A stretch of DNA of 64,000 nt. It comes from a virus. Below the pieces are notes generated by a model that did no database searches, had not been told where the DNA came from, and saw nothing but the letters and a program-made list of their open reading frames with translations. Location of the stretch: IMG/VR virus record IMGVR_UViG_3300015371_000006, positions 1 through 64,000 of that record; one strand, 5' to 3'. Below, in pieces: positions 38,801 through 47,800 of the stretch; positions within the stretch are counted from its first letter, which is position 1, and each line of letters starts with the position of its first letter. Made by a program: the position numbers and the translations under genes.

Positions 38801-39536
38801 CGGTCGTGATAACCGTCGTGCCGGTGACCGTGTTTCCGTCGTAGCCGTGGGCGGTGACATCGGCCACCGGAGTGGCGGCCGCGCTCTGATCGAACTCCAG
38901 CAGCTGGGCCGGAGACAGCGCCGCCCAGTCAGAGGTCGCCCGGTTCGTGACCAGGGACTCGATGTTGCCGTCGCTCAGGGCCGAGGTCCACTCGCCCACC
39001 ATCGAGAAGTCGACGGGGTAGTAGGCGATGATCGCCGAAGCGAGCCAGAAGAAGCCCCCCGTATGGTCGTTCGGGTTGCCCATCGTGCCCGCGCCGTCTT
39101 CGTGCGTCCACGCGCCGCCCTTGTAGATGTGGAAACGAGGGGTCGCTGTGCCGCTGGCCTTCGTGACCGCCGCGATCACCCAGCCATCCGAGTCGGTGAT
39201 CGTCGTCGTCGAGGTCCGCGCGGTGCTGCCGACGATGGCGAGGTTCAGCTGGTTGGACGCGTTGATCCGCAGGCTGAGCGCCTCGGCGAAGCCCGAGGTC
39301 GAGTGCAGGATCACGTAGTCCGCCGAGCCTGCGCGCGTGCGCCTGATCAGCGTTGCAATCGTGAACGCGCCGGTCAGGTTGACGGTGTCGCCGGTAATTA
39401 CATCGCTTGAGCCATTGAAGCTCCGGGCGGTGACCGGCGTCACCGTGGTCGGCGTCAGGCCACCTCGCGGGCCCGACATCGGTACGCGCAGACCAGCGCG
39501 TACCGGCTCGTTGCCGCCTGAGCCGATGTTCGCCAT
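35847..39536 (-). CDS. Large virion fibre-like protein: LamG-like head plus Ala/Thr-rich ~21-aa repeats
   Basis: N-terminal RSFNG..D/LamG-like domain; dozens of ATLALTAxxxxxLGxAAAQSS repeats; acidic insert in the middle. Confidence 0.65.
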   Translation of the reverse strand: MANIGSGGNEPVRAGLRVPMSGPRGGLTPTTVTPVTARSFNGSSDVITGDTVNLTGAFTIATLIRRTRAGSADYVILHSTSGFAEALSLRINASNQLNLAIVGSTARTSTTTITDSDGWVIAAVTKASGTATPRFHIYKGGAWTHEDGAGTMGNPNDHTGGFFWLASAIIAYYPVDFSMVGEWTSALSDGNIESLVTNRATSDWAALSPAQLLEFDQSAAATPVADVTAHGYDGNTVTGTTVITTGPSPWTYESSAWIFPQASGAVAAATLALATPAPVSLATSTAQSSATLALTAPAKVVLGQADALSNATLALTAQTTIPLQSSQATSSATLALTAKTTVALGTAAAQSSATLALTAATKVALGTSAATSSATLALTAPAILTLNGATEADDFARLPLVDDFNRADESPPAGWDSVPGSAYPVTLAEIRGNELHSISDLQDGSAALWPHDLTAPAGIFFTLGDELEPTIWSYFGIVDASNSNVGVEVEIAPGTWTGQPTDLPYQVNAYEAGTADGYGVGTEDNPLSLGDQIGVSLEANGDATVWYKPAASSTWTVVLSKSVTSSVTTVRAYVGVFGAQSIDDVHVGELQGTPTLGRAQATLALTIPATIPIIPLGASDGQSSATLALTAQTTIALGAAAAQSSATLALSAKTTVALGSAAAQSSATLALTAPALLTLGTAAATSTATLTLTAPALLTLTSTAQSSATMALTAKTQIPLGTSAAVSSATLALTAQTRVALGTATAQSAATLALTAPATVALGTAAAQSSATLALSAAARVVLGTAASTSTGSLALTAQTYVPLGTAAAQSSATLALTAPTTVPLDPAAAQSTAALTLTATAILPLGTAAAQSSATLALTAQTVIPLDPANAQSSATCFVQSDTVPYLSLSSAAASAATLQLTAKTEVALDPAAASSSATLALSAPTTVQLGSSTVSSSATLALTAPALLTLSTSGSSAASLALRAQTYVQLDAASAQSNATLFVQTDTVPYLTLSTAGSSSATLALTAPGLVALGSSAATSSASLTLTAPARLTLTAAGQSTASLALTTAPTFVDLSAAATSSGSLAITAPTTVILAPATALSDATARLSVAADLLLSDATATSDADLQLGVAATVVLAAANGESTAALALVLKLLLHAAAQSDAQLTLSGPTTLLLAEAAAQATTAALILTTITSPTVEGELTMRMVAAVNALALLIDTRARARAQDTAAQAGLIDDRAVVRIRQPG

Positions 39537-40285
39537 TACGACCTACGCTGCGGAATCCACAGCGGCTTGTTCTGCGGGATGGCCAGGGCGTTGCCCATCG
39601 TCGCTGCCCGGAAGCACAGCGCCGTGGTCAGGGTTCGACTGGAGGTCGTGTTCGACGGCGTGATCGTCGCGGTGCCGGTCGAGCCCGAGGCCGTCAGCGA
39701 CTTGTAGCCGATCTCGGTGCCGTGTCCGGTGCCCGTGGTCGTGTGCGCGTCGTAGCCCTCGGTCAGCGTGGCGATGGTGAACGTGTGCGCGGTGTCGTTG
39801 ACGCGCATCCCCATCCCGATCCACAGCGAGTTCGTGTTCGACGGCGAGCAGGCGTTGACGGTGAACGAGGTCGTGCTCGCCTGATCCTGCGCGGTCGCCA
39901 GCGAGCCGTCCAGGGTCTCGATTGCGTAGCGGAACGAGAGAATGCGCGCTCCGGCCGAGTCGCCCGTCGTGCCGGTTGTCAGCGACGACCACTGGAAGGA
40001 GGCATCGTCGGCCGAGCCGCTGGTCGAGGTGGCGATCCGCGTGAAGACGTAGAACTTGCCGCCGCTCGCCGTAGCCGACGCCACCGGGAACCCCGAGACG
40101 GTGTTCCAGCCCGAGGGCGTGGCAGCCGTCGCGCTGTTGCTGCGCGAGTTCGTGATCAGCACCAGCAGGTCGCCCACCAGCCGCGTCGGCGCGGCGGGGG
40201 CGAGGGTCGTCGGCGTCACCACGTTATTCGCGGTGAACGCACCCGAGCCCGCCGCGACGAATTCCGGTGTGTTGGGCCAGGCCAT
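39536..40285 (-). CDS. Putative virion structural protein
   Basis: Start MAWPNT; GDLLVL, TPSGW..V, VFTRIAT; Thr/Ser-rich. Confidence 0.55.
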   Translation of the reverse strand: MAWPNTPEFVAAGSGAFTANNVVTPTTLAPAAPTRLVGDLLVLITNSRSNSATAATPSGWNTVSGFPVASATASGGKFYVFTRIATSTSGSADDASFQWSSLTTGTTGDSAGARILSFRYAIETLDGSLATAQDQASTTSFTVNACSPSNTNSLWIGMGMRVNDTAHTFTIATLTEGYDAHTTTGTGHGTEIGYKSLTASGSTGTATITPSNTTSSRTLTTALCFRAATMGNALAIPQNKPLWIPQRRS

Positions 40286-41715
40286 CAGCGCAGCCTCGGC
40301 GCGGCGTTGACGATCAGCGTGCGGTCGGAGGGGCCGGTGGTCGCCACGAACCCCGCCGCCGTCGCCAGCGACAGGATGGTGGCTCCGCTCAGGGCGCTGT
40401 TCCAGACCGCCACCTCGTCCAGCCCTCCGTAGAACGGCGCATTGTTGGGCACGCCCGAGTCGCCGACGGTGAAGTTGCCCCGGTTCCCGGCTGAGCCGTT
40501 GTAGCCGTTGGCGATGCCGACGTTCTGCGTCGTCCCGATTTGCTGGCCGTTGATGTAGAGGCTCGCGGGGCAGGGGTCTACGTCCGTGTAGACGATGGCG
40601 ACGTGGAAGTTGACGCCGAGCGTGATCCCGGTCGAGGCGAACGACCAGCCGACGGCGGTGCCGAAGTTCGCGTCCCAGTTGATGTTGTTGCCCGCCACGT
40701 CGTAGTACAGCTCGGGCGCGTTGACGCCGCTGCCTCCCCAAAAGACGCGGTAGGTGGAGATGTCGTCGAGGCGCGCGATGCCGACGAAGGTGTTCGAACC
40801 TCCGGGCGTGAAGCAGTTGTAGGACGAGGAGCAGCGCGATGACGCCGTGGCGTTCATCGTGATCGCCTGGTCGCCGTCGGAGGGCAGCAGCGAGGTCGCC
40901 TTGCGCGTGACTCCGCTCGCCACGGTCGCGTTGCGAGCGTTGCCGGAGCGGTCCACCATGTCGCCGAAGGGCTCGTCGAGCCGGTAGTAGATCGCCGGGC
41001 TCTGCGCCATGACAGCGGCCGGGTAGGTGGCGGTGAGATCGTCCCAGGCTTCCAGGCCGGTGGTGACCGAAGTGCCCGTGGTCGAGACCTCGTCTGCGGT
41101 GCCGATGGTGTCCTGCACGGCGGTCCCGGTGCTGCTCTGCGTCAGCGGCCAGAAGGCGGCGGGCGTGGACTGCTCCCAGGCGGTGCGCGAGCTGACCAGG
41201 TTCTCCACAGCGGCGTCCGACAGCGCCGACGACCAGTAGCCGAGCGCCTGCATCTGGCCGTCCCAGCCGTTGCCCGCCGAGTCGTTGTCCTGGCCAATCC
41301 AGACCGCACTGGTGGCTCCGATGGCACCCAGGTCGGCCTGCGTCCCGCCGCCGTTCTCATGGACCCAGCTCTGCGTCGTGTAGTCGTAGATGTGGAAGCG
41401 CGGCGTCGAGGTGCCCGTCGCCTTGGTCACGCAGGCCAGGTGCCAGCGACCCGAGACGATGCGAGAGGCAGCGGAGTTGCGCTTGCCCCCGACCGCCTCG
41501 GTGAACAGCGCCACGCTCTCGTCGGCGTCGACCTGGAACGTCCAGGCGTTCGATCCGGCGGGGCCGAAGGCGGCGATCACCTTCGTGTTGGTCACGTCCG
41601 TCGTCTTGATGATGGCGGCGATGGACGAGCCCCCGCCCCACTCAAGGCCCGTGGTTCCGTTGTTGCAGTTGACCTCGGAGTCAGGCCGGACGAACGTGCG
41701 GGCGTAGGTAGCCAC
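40285..41715 (-). CDS. Tandem LamG / concanavalin A-like domain protein
   Basis: WHLACVT, YYRLDE, FHVAIVY...LYING, FYGGLDEVAVWNSALS. Confidence 0.8.
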   Translation of the reverse strand: MATYARTFVRPDSEVNCNNGTTGLEWGGGSSIAAIIKTTDVTNTKVIAAFGPAGSNAWTFQVDADESVALFTEAVGGKRNSAASRIVSGRWHLACVTKATGTSTPRFHIYDYTTQSWVHENGGGTQADLGAIGATSAVWIGQDNDSAGNGWDGQMQALGYWSSALSDAAVENLVSSRTAWEQSTPAAFWPLTQSSTGTAVQDTIGTADEVSTTGTSVTTGLEAWDDLTATYPAAVMAQSPAIYYRLDEPFGDMVDRSGNARNATVASGVTRKATSLLPSDGDQAITMNATASSRCSSSYNCFTPGGSNTFVGIARLDDISTYRVFWGGSGVNAPELYYDVAGNNINWDANFGTAVGWSFASTGITLGVNFHVAIVYTDVDPCPASLYINGQQIGTTQNVGIANGYNGSAGNRGNFTVGDSGVPNNAPFYGGLDEVAVWNSALSGATILSLATAAGFVATTGPSDRTLIVNAAPRLR

Positions 41716-41729
41716 GGCGGGCTACCTCG

Positions 41730-42032
41730 CTACTCGTACCCGCGTCCGAAGTGGACCGGCTTATCCGCTTCCCAGGACTTCTTCTGGTGCTTCGGCGTCT
41801 TGGTCTTGGTTTCCGGGTTCCAGACCTCGACCTCGACCTTGCTGTAGGTCGGGACCATGTGCGTCGTCCAGCCGTTCGGGTTCTCCTCGGTGCAGAGCGC
41901 GAAGTCCTGAATCGGCTGCTCCTCTTCGCCCGTGACCTCGGCGGCCTTCAGCACTACGCCGGTCCAGTAGCCGGTCGGCTTGCCGTTGTCTGCGTGGAAC
42001 TCCGCGCCTTCTGCGAGGTCGCCCAGTTGCAT
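41730..42032 (-). CDS. Hypothetical protein (SH3/KOW-like start LGDLAEGAEF)
   Basis: In operon; GC-biased codons. Confidence 0.55.
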   Translation of the reverse strand: MQLGDLAEGAEFHADNGKPTGYWTGVVLKAAEVTGEEEQPIQDFALCTEENPNGWTTHMVPTYSKVEVEVWNPETKTKTPKHQKKSWEADKPVHFGRGYE

Positions 42033-42035
42033 CGT

Positions 42036-42473
42036 TCACTCGTCCCAGTGGATGTAGAAATCGAAGAATTGCCCGGTACCCGTCGGCAAATTAATGATGA
42101 TCCCGTTGCCGGTACCTGCCGCTCGGATGATCCCATTCTCGCCAAACGTCCAGACCCAACCGGAGCCGATAGCAGCCCCGATGGAGACGTGGCCGAACGC
42201 CGCGCCCACGGCGGTCGAGTCCGACGACTGCGAGGTGAAGGCGGCAGCACCCGGCGTCGAGCCCGGATCGTCGAGCGCCACCTCGGTCAGGCCGCCCGCC
42301 TGCGTGCCGGAGGTCGAGATCAGCAGCAGCGACGCCGCGAAGGCGGTCGTGGTCGTGTTCGTGATCCCGATCTCGCGGATCTTGATCGACTTCGACGCGC
42401 CCGCGCACACGCCCGGTCCGCGCAGCGAAGTCGGGAGGTTCGTGACGCCGCGCCCACCTGCAGAGCAGCGCAT
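42036..42473 (-). CDS. Putative structural protein
   Basis: Beta-rich; in operon; ends in WDE. Confidence 0.55.
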   Translation of the reverse strand: MRCSAGGRGVTNLPTSLRGPGVCAGASKSIKIREIGITNTTTTAFAASLLLISTSGTQAGGLTEVALDDPGSTPGAAAFTSQSSDSTAVGAAFGHVSIGAAIGSGWVWTFGENGIIRAAGTGNGIIINLPTGTGQFFDFYIHWDE

Positions 42474-42479
42474 GGTGCC

Positions 42480-43010
42480 TCAGTCCAGCGTGATGACTAG
42501 CCCGCCGATGGCGACCGTCGGCGGCGTCTGCGTCGTCGAGATCACCGTCGAGGTCGCGGTGCCCCAAACGATGTTGTCGCCCGCGCCCGAGGACGAGCTG
42601 GCCAGCATCCAGAAGGTCACCGTGCCGCCGCCGGAGGTGACCGCCGGGAAGGTGATCGCCACGTCGTTGGTCACCGAGCCGCCCGAGGCCGCGCTCATGT
42701 TCGTGGAGCTGATCGCCTGGCGGGCGTAGGTGGTGTAGGTCAGCTCGCCCGCCGTGGCGGCCGTCGAGGTGTCGTCGAGCGTCGATGTCCACAGCGCCAG
42801 GTACGGAGCCGGGGCCGTGTAGGTCGCGTTGGCGACGAGGTGGTCGAGCACCTTGTTCTCGACCGCGTTGCCGATGGAAGCGTTGACGAGGCCGAGCGGC
42901 ACTTGCTGCCTGACCAGCGACCAGCCGTAGGGGGTCAGCCGTCCGGGGTTGAGCGTGATCCGGTTCTCGACCGGCTCGACACCCTGCACCGGCTCGATGT
43001 CACTCGCCAT
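42480..43010 (-). CDS. Putative virion structural protein
   Basis: ENKVLDHL, YLALWT, E....YARQ, N...ITFP, G.VT motifs typical of small phage structural proteins. Confidence 0.65.
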   Translation of the reverse strand: MASDIEPVQGVEPVENRITLNPGRLTPYGWSLVRQQVPLGLVNASIGNAVENKVLDHLVANATYTAPAPYLALWTSTLDDTSTAATAGELTYTTYARQAISSTNMSAASGGSVTNDVAITFPAVTSGGGTVTFWMLASSSSGAGDNIVWGTATSTVISTTQTPPTVAIGGLVITLD

Positions 43011-43305
43011 GCTTTCTCCCTCCGTCCTCGATGGTCGGGCCGGTGAGGGCGTCCCACCCGGCCTTCGTGTTCTTCCAGCCCTTCTTCGCCTTGGTCGCGT
43101 CGCCGTCTGCTTCCAGGTCGGCGAGGATCTCCACCACCTCGTCTACGTCGAGGTCGAGGAAGTCGTCGCGCTCCACCCGCACCATCAGGTCTTCGACGCT
43201 GATGTGGTCGTCGTCGGGGTTGGCGAGGTTCGCCATCACTCGACGGTGGGCGTCGGAGGCGAAGTTGCCGCCGGGGTCCGGTCTGCTTCTGAAGGTGGCT
43301 GCCAT
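43000..43305 (-). CDS. Winged-helix-like hypothetical protein
   Basis: EVVEILADLEADGDA...W..TKAGWDAL; late-type promoter upstream. Confidence 0.5.
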   Translation of the reverse strand: MAATFRSRPDPGGNFASDAHRRVMANLANPDDDHISVEDLMVRVERDDFLDLDVDEVVEILADLEADGDATKAKKGWKNTKAGWDALTGPTIEDGGRKHGE

Positions 43306-43351
43306 GAAAGCGATGCTAAGGCACCCTGCGCGCCCGCCTTAGATCGGACTT

Positions 43352-43909
43352 TCAGTCCGGTGGGATCGGCGGCGGGTACGCCTTCTCGCAGTCGGCGTAG
43401 ACGGCCTTGACGCGCACCTCGCGGTTCTTGGCGGTCTCGGTGCCGGGGTAGAGCTGCAGGCCCTGGGCTCGCAGCGGCTCCACCATGTCCATGAACCGCT
43501 CCTCGTAGTCGCGGATGGCCTGCTCGGTGGACTCCAGCTCGGTTCCGGTCTGCGACTCGGCGGCGGCGATGTTGCGGGCCTGGGCGTCGAGGATGAACCC
43601 CGCCAGCACGCCCCGGATCGCCGGGTTGCTGCGCGAGCAGGCGTCGCGCTGGGCGTCGACCAGCAGCGTGTCCTGCTCGTTGAGCTTCTTCTCCAGGTCG
43701 TCCTGGGAGTTGACGTTCAGCCGCCAGACGCTGACCACGGCGACCACCAGAATGAAGATGGAGGCGATGGTCCGCCAGCGCTGCCCGTACTCGATGGTGT
43801 CGAAGCGGTCCCTGTTGTGCTGGTGGCCTCTCTCCAGCCGGGCGATGCGCTGCTCGGCCGTCAGCGGCTCAGGTGCGGTGACGGGCTCGGGGGGCTCAGT
43901 CGTTGCCAT
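43352..43909 (-). CDS. Single-TM membrane protein
   Basis: IASIFILVVAVVSVW helix; two Cys in the extracellular part. Confidence 0.6.
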   Translation of the reverse strand: MATTEPPEPVTAPEPLTAEQRIARLERGHQHNRDRFDTIEYGQRWRTIASIFILVVAVVSVWRLNVNSQDDLEKKLNEQDTLLVDAQRDACSRSNPAIRGVLAGFILDAQARNIAAAESQTGTELESTEQAIRDYEERFMDMVEPLRAQGLQLYPGTETAKNREVRVKAVYADCEKAYPPPIPPD

Positions 43910-44477
43910 CAGACGGCGGCGGGATCGGCTCGCCGGACAGGACGCTCTCGACCAGCGCCTTGCAGTCCTCGGTGTCCTCCAGTTGGCGCTGGACCTCTTC
44001 GAAGCGCTGTTGCAGCGGCGAGTCCTCGGGGATCGACTGGATTACGTCGTTGATCGAGTTCAGCACCTGCACGTCGAAGGCGTCCAGGTTGCTCAGGTCT
44101 GCGCCCGTTCCGAACGGCGGCTGGGCGAGCGAGGCTGCCACCAGCCTCGCCAGCAGCAAGTCCTGGTTGTTGTCGGTGTTGCATCCGCGCTCGATGATCG
44201 AGCTGAAACCAGACGTGCGAGCGGCACGCTCGTCGTTGATCTTGTCGATGGCCTCGGAGTTCTTGCTGATAGCCGCGTATGCCCCGCCGAGGGAGATCAG
44301 CACGGCCCCGAACAGGACGATGTAGCCCCGGAACGCGCGCTTGCGGTAGCGCTCGTGAGCCTCGCGCTCGGCGACGAACTCCGCGATCAGCTTGTCCTCG
44401 CGCCGTCGCTGGAAGTCGACCAGCTCGTCGGTGGTCATCTCCTCGAAAGGCTTGTCGGGCTTCATCTTGTCCGGCAT
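43896..44477 (-). CDS. Single-TM membrane protein
   Basis: YIVLFGAVLISLGGAYAAI helix; two Cys; same layout as its neighbour. Confidence 0.6.
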   Translation of the reverse strand: MPDKMKPDKPFEEMTTDELVDFQRRREDKLIAEFVAEREAHERYRKRAFRGYIVLFGAVLISLGGAYAAISKNSEAIDKINDERAARTSGFSSIIERGCNTDNNQDLLLARLVAASLAQPPFGTGADLSNLDAFDVQVLNSINDVIQSIPEDSPLQQRFEEVQRQLEDTEDCKALVESVLSGEPIPPPSDGND

Positions 44478-44482
44478 GGGCT

Positions 44483-44584
44483 CTAGGGCTTGACCAGGGT
44501 GAGCACGAGGATGACCGTGACGACAGCAGCGATGTAAAGCTCCACCAGCCGTCCGCCGTGCAATGCCCGCGCCAGCCTATCCAT
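44483..44584 (-). CDS. 33-aa membrane peptide
   Basis: MDRLARALHGGRLVELYIAAVVTVILVLTLVKP; TGATG overlap. Confidence 0.4.
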   Translation of the reverse strand: MDRLARALHGGRLVELYIAAVVTVILVLTLVKP

Positions 44585-44802
44585 CACTCGATCTCTTCGT
44601 CGAAGCCGTTTCGGCGCTTGCGGTCCCGGAGGTTGAGCGCGATCTGCCCCGCGATTACGTCGGGGAGGCCGAGCAGGCCCGCGATGAGCAGCCCCACCCA
44701 TGAGGGCAGCCCCGGCGGGTTCACGAACACGATGTAGGCCAGGAACAGCAGGCCCGAGCCTCTGCGAATCCAGTCCCAGGTCCGGTCTCCCTGTTCGTTC
44801 AT
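44584..44802 (-). CDS. Small two-TM membrane protein (holin-like)
   Basis: GLLFLAYIVFV and WVGLLIAGLLGLP; charged tail. Confidence 0.55.
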   Translation of the reverse strand: MNEQGDRTWDWIRRGSGLLFLAYIVFVNPPGLPSWVGLLIAGLLGLPDVIAGQIALNLRDRKRRNGFDEEIE

Positions 44803-44822
44803 TCACAATCCGCCGACCGGCC

Positions 44823-47800
44823 TTATGGCTTCAGCCCGGCCGCCTTGATGACAGCAACCAGGGTATCCGCGTTCTCGACGGCAGGATCGAGGTCAATGCC
44901 CTGGGTTGCGAGTTGCGCAAGGGCGCTCTGCACGGCGGCGGCATTCCAATCGGGGCCGAGCGACTGGGCGGCGTCCGCCAGCCGCTGGTCAGCCTCGGTT
45001 ACCTCGGGCTCGGCGTCCCACTCGTCGGCGCGGTCGACCGCCGCCTTGGCGTCCTTGTATACCTCCGGCGAGTCGTAGCTCTCGCCGGGCGTGGGCTTGA
45101 CCACCAGGTAGGTGCTCTTCGTCTTGACGATCTGCGTCCCGTTCGGCAGCGTCTCGGTGTGGCCGGGCTCGGCGTCGTTCAGCGTGGCGACTCGGTCGCT
45201 CATGTTCGGCGCGGCCGTCGGCGTCGGCTCCTCGGCGGGCGGCTCGCCGTGGTCGGCGAACGCCTTGGCCTCGATCTTCGCCGCCTTCGCGTCGGCCAGC
45301 ACCGAGTCCATGCCCCGCGCCTCCAGCTCGTTGTTGACCTGCTGGGCGGCCCACGGATCTTTGTCCTCGTAGCCGACCATCTGATCGGCGAGGCCCGCCA
45401 GCTTTGCGTCGCTCATCTTCGGGATGTTGCGGAGGTTGCCCTTCGCGGAGTAGGCGGGGCTCACCTTCTGATCGTCGCCCGGCTCGGGCTCGCCGGGGGT
45501 GAAGTCGGGAGTGGTGCCGGGCTTCGGCTGGTCGCCCAGGCCCGCCAGCGGATCTTCGCCGGAGGGCGTCGGCCCGCCCTTGTCCAGCGTCAGGTCGATC
45601 CACCCCACATCGCTCAGCGGCACGCCCTCGGCCTTCAGCGCAGTGGCGATCTCGTCGCGCACGGCGGTGTCGTTGACCTCCGGGTGGTCGGAGGAGATGA
45701 TGTCCATCGTGCCCTTGAGCATCATCTCCCGCTCGCCGGGCTCGGCGTTGACGATGGCCTTGACCATCCGGTCGACCGCCAGGTTGCCCTCGGGGCTGAA
45801 CATGCCCAGGTCCGGCGCGTCGTAGAGGGCCTTATCGGCGGCGTCGGCCTTCGCGCCTGGCTCGATGTAGGAGGCCGGTGGCGCATCCCCTGCCGGGTCG
45901 CCGCTCTTCGCGCCGACCGAGGCCACGCTCTTCTTCAGGAGGTCGTACAGGTCGTCGTCGTTTCCGGCCGTCTGCGCCGCCACGGGTGCCGGGGTGGGCT
46001 TCGGGGCGGGTTCGGGCGCAGAGGCGCTCACAGGCGCTGCCACAGGCGCAGGCGCGCCCGTGGTGAAGCCACGCGACTCCATCTCGGTCTGCACGGCCGC
46101 GTATCCGTCGGGATCGGCGTGCGCGTAGGGGCTCATGTCGGCCCACAGGTTCTTCAGCTTGCCGTCGTTCATCGCCTTGACGTTGCGGATGTTGCCCTTG
46201 GCCGAGCGCACCGGGCTCTCGGGGTTGACGGGCAGCGGGGCGGCCGGGGTGACGCTCCACTCGTCGCTGTAGTCGGGGTGCATGTCGCCGAACGCGCCAG
46301 GCGGCATCCGGTAGTGGAAGATGCGGCGCTTCTCGCCCTGGTACTTCGACGGGGCCGGGTCGGAGGTCAGGATCTCGCCCGTGGAGGGATCGATGGGCTT
46401 GGCGATCACCCAGTTGCCGTTCGCCTTGTGGACGACGTAGCCGTAGCCGTCGTGGATGAACTTCGTCCCGACGGGCACCTCGCCCAGCTCGGTCGAGGAG
46501 GTGTTGGGGGTGAAGCCGTCCGGCACGCTGCCGGGGCTCGCCTGCCCCAGCTTCAAGCCGCCCAGCTCGCTCAGCACCTTCGCGCTCGCCTTCTTGTCGG
46601 AGCCGTTCGCGTACTCATCCCAGGCGGGCAGCAGCACAGCGCTGACGTCCGGCGGTGAGCGGTCGAGTGCGTCGGCGAGCATGACCGCGTTGACGGGGAA
46701 GGTCTGCACCCGGCCGGTGACGCCGCCGGAGCTGATGTTGATTCCGTCGGGCGTGCGCTCCAGCTTCGCGCCGCTGTTGAGCTGCGTCTCGCCGAAGCGA
46801 TCCAGCTCAGCGCCGTTCTTCAGCAGGGTCACCTCGTACTGCGTGCCGACCGCCAGGCCGGGGCTGTACTGGCCGTAGTTCGGGTCGAGCATGTCGGCCG
46901 CTGCGTCGGCGATCTCGTTGTCGAAGCGGTCCTCGTCGCTGTAGAGGCCCCGCGAGGTGCCCTTCGGGTTGCCGTGCACGGTGTCGAGCGCGTCCTCCAG
47001 GCGCTGCAGCAGATCGACGTACTCCTGCGCGCGGTAGTCGTCGTGCTCGGCGACCACCGGGAACCAGTCGCTCTGCACGTCGCCCGCCAGGTCGTCGATG
47101 AACTCGCCGTCGGCGTCCTTGCCCTGCGCCTCCACCTTGGCGATCTCCGTCTCCCACAGCTTCGGGCTCGCCTGGCCATCCTTGCCGAAGATGACGCCCG
47201 TGCCCTTCGCCAGCGGGTGCACGCCCAGGCCCACGCCCTCGTCGACGGCGTCGGGAAGCTTCATCGGGTCCGGCCAGGGGTTCGCCTTCGCCCAGATGCC
47301 CGTGCCCTCGGCCTCCTGGCGCTTCGCCCGCGCAGCGTCGGCCTTGTTCGCGGCGGCCTGCGCCTTCGCCCCGCCCGCGAGGAAGCCGGGGTAGCCGGGG
47401 CTTTGCTGGCCGGGCAGCCGGTAGAGCTGGGCGCGGCCGTCCTTCCACACCTCGACGACGCCCTGCGCCTCGTTGACGTTCACCTCGTCGGCCTTCGGGA
47501 AGTGCTTGGCCTTCAGGTCGGCCTGCAGCTTCTCGCGGCTTTGGGCGGCCTTCGGATCGACCACCTTCATCGCCGGGCTGCGCTGGCCCATCTTGCGGTC
47601 GTCGATCTCGCGGTCGACGGCCTCGTCGCGCGCAGCTTCGTTGGCGAGTTCGTCGTGCAGCTCAGCGACGTCGTCGGGCGTCTTCGCGTCGCCGAAGACG
47701 AAGGTGCCCTCCAGGTCGGTGATGACGTAGCTGTGCTCGTCGTCGCGCGCGATGACGGCGTTCGGTGCGACCGCCACCTCGTCGCCCACGGCCAGCTTCT

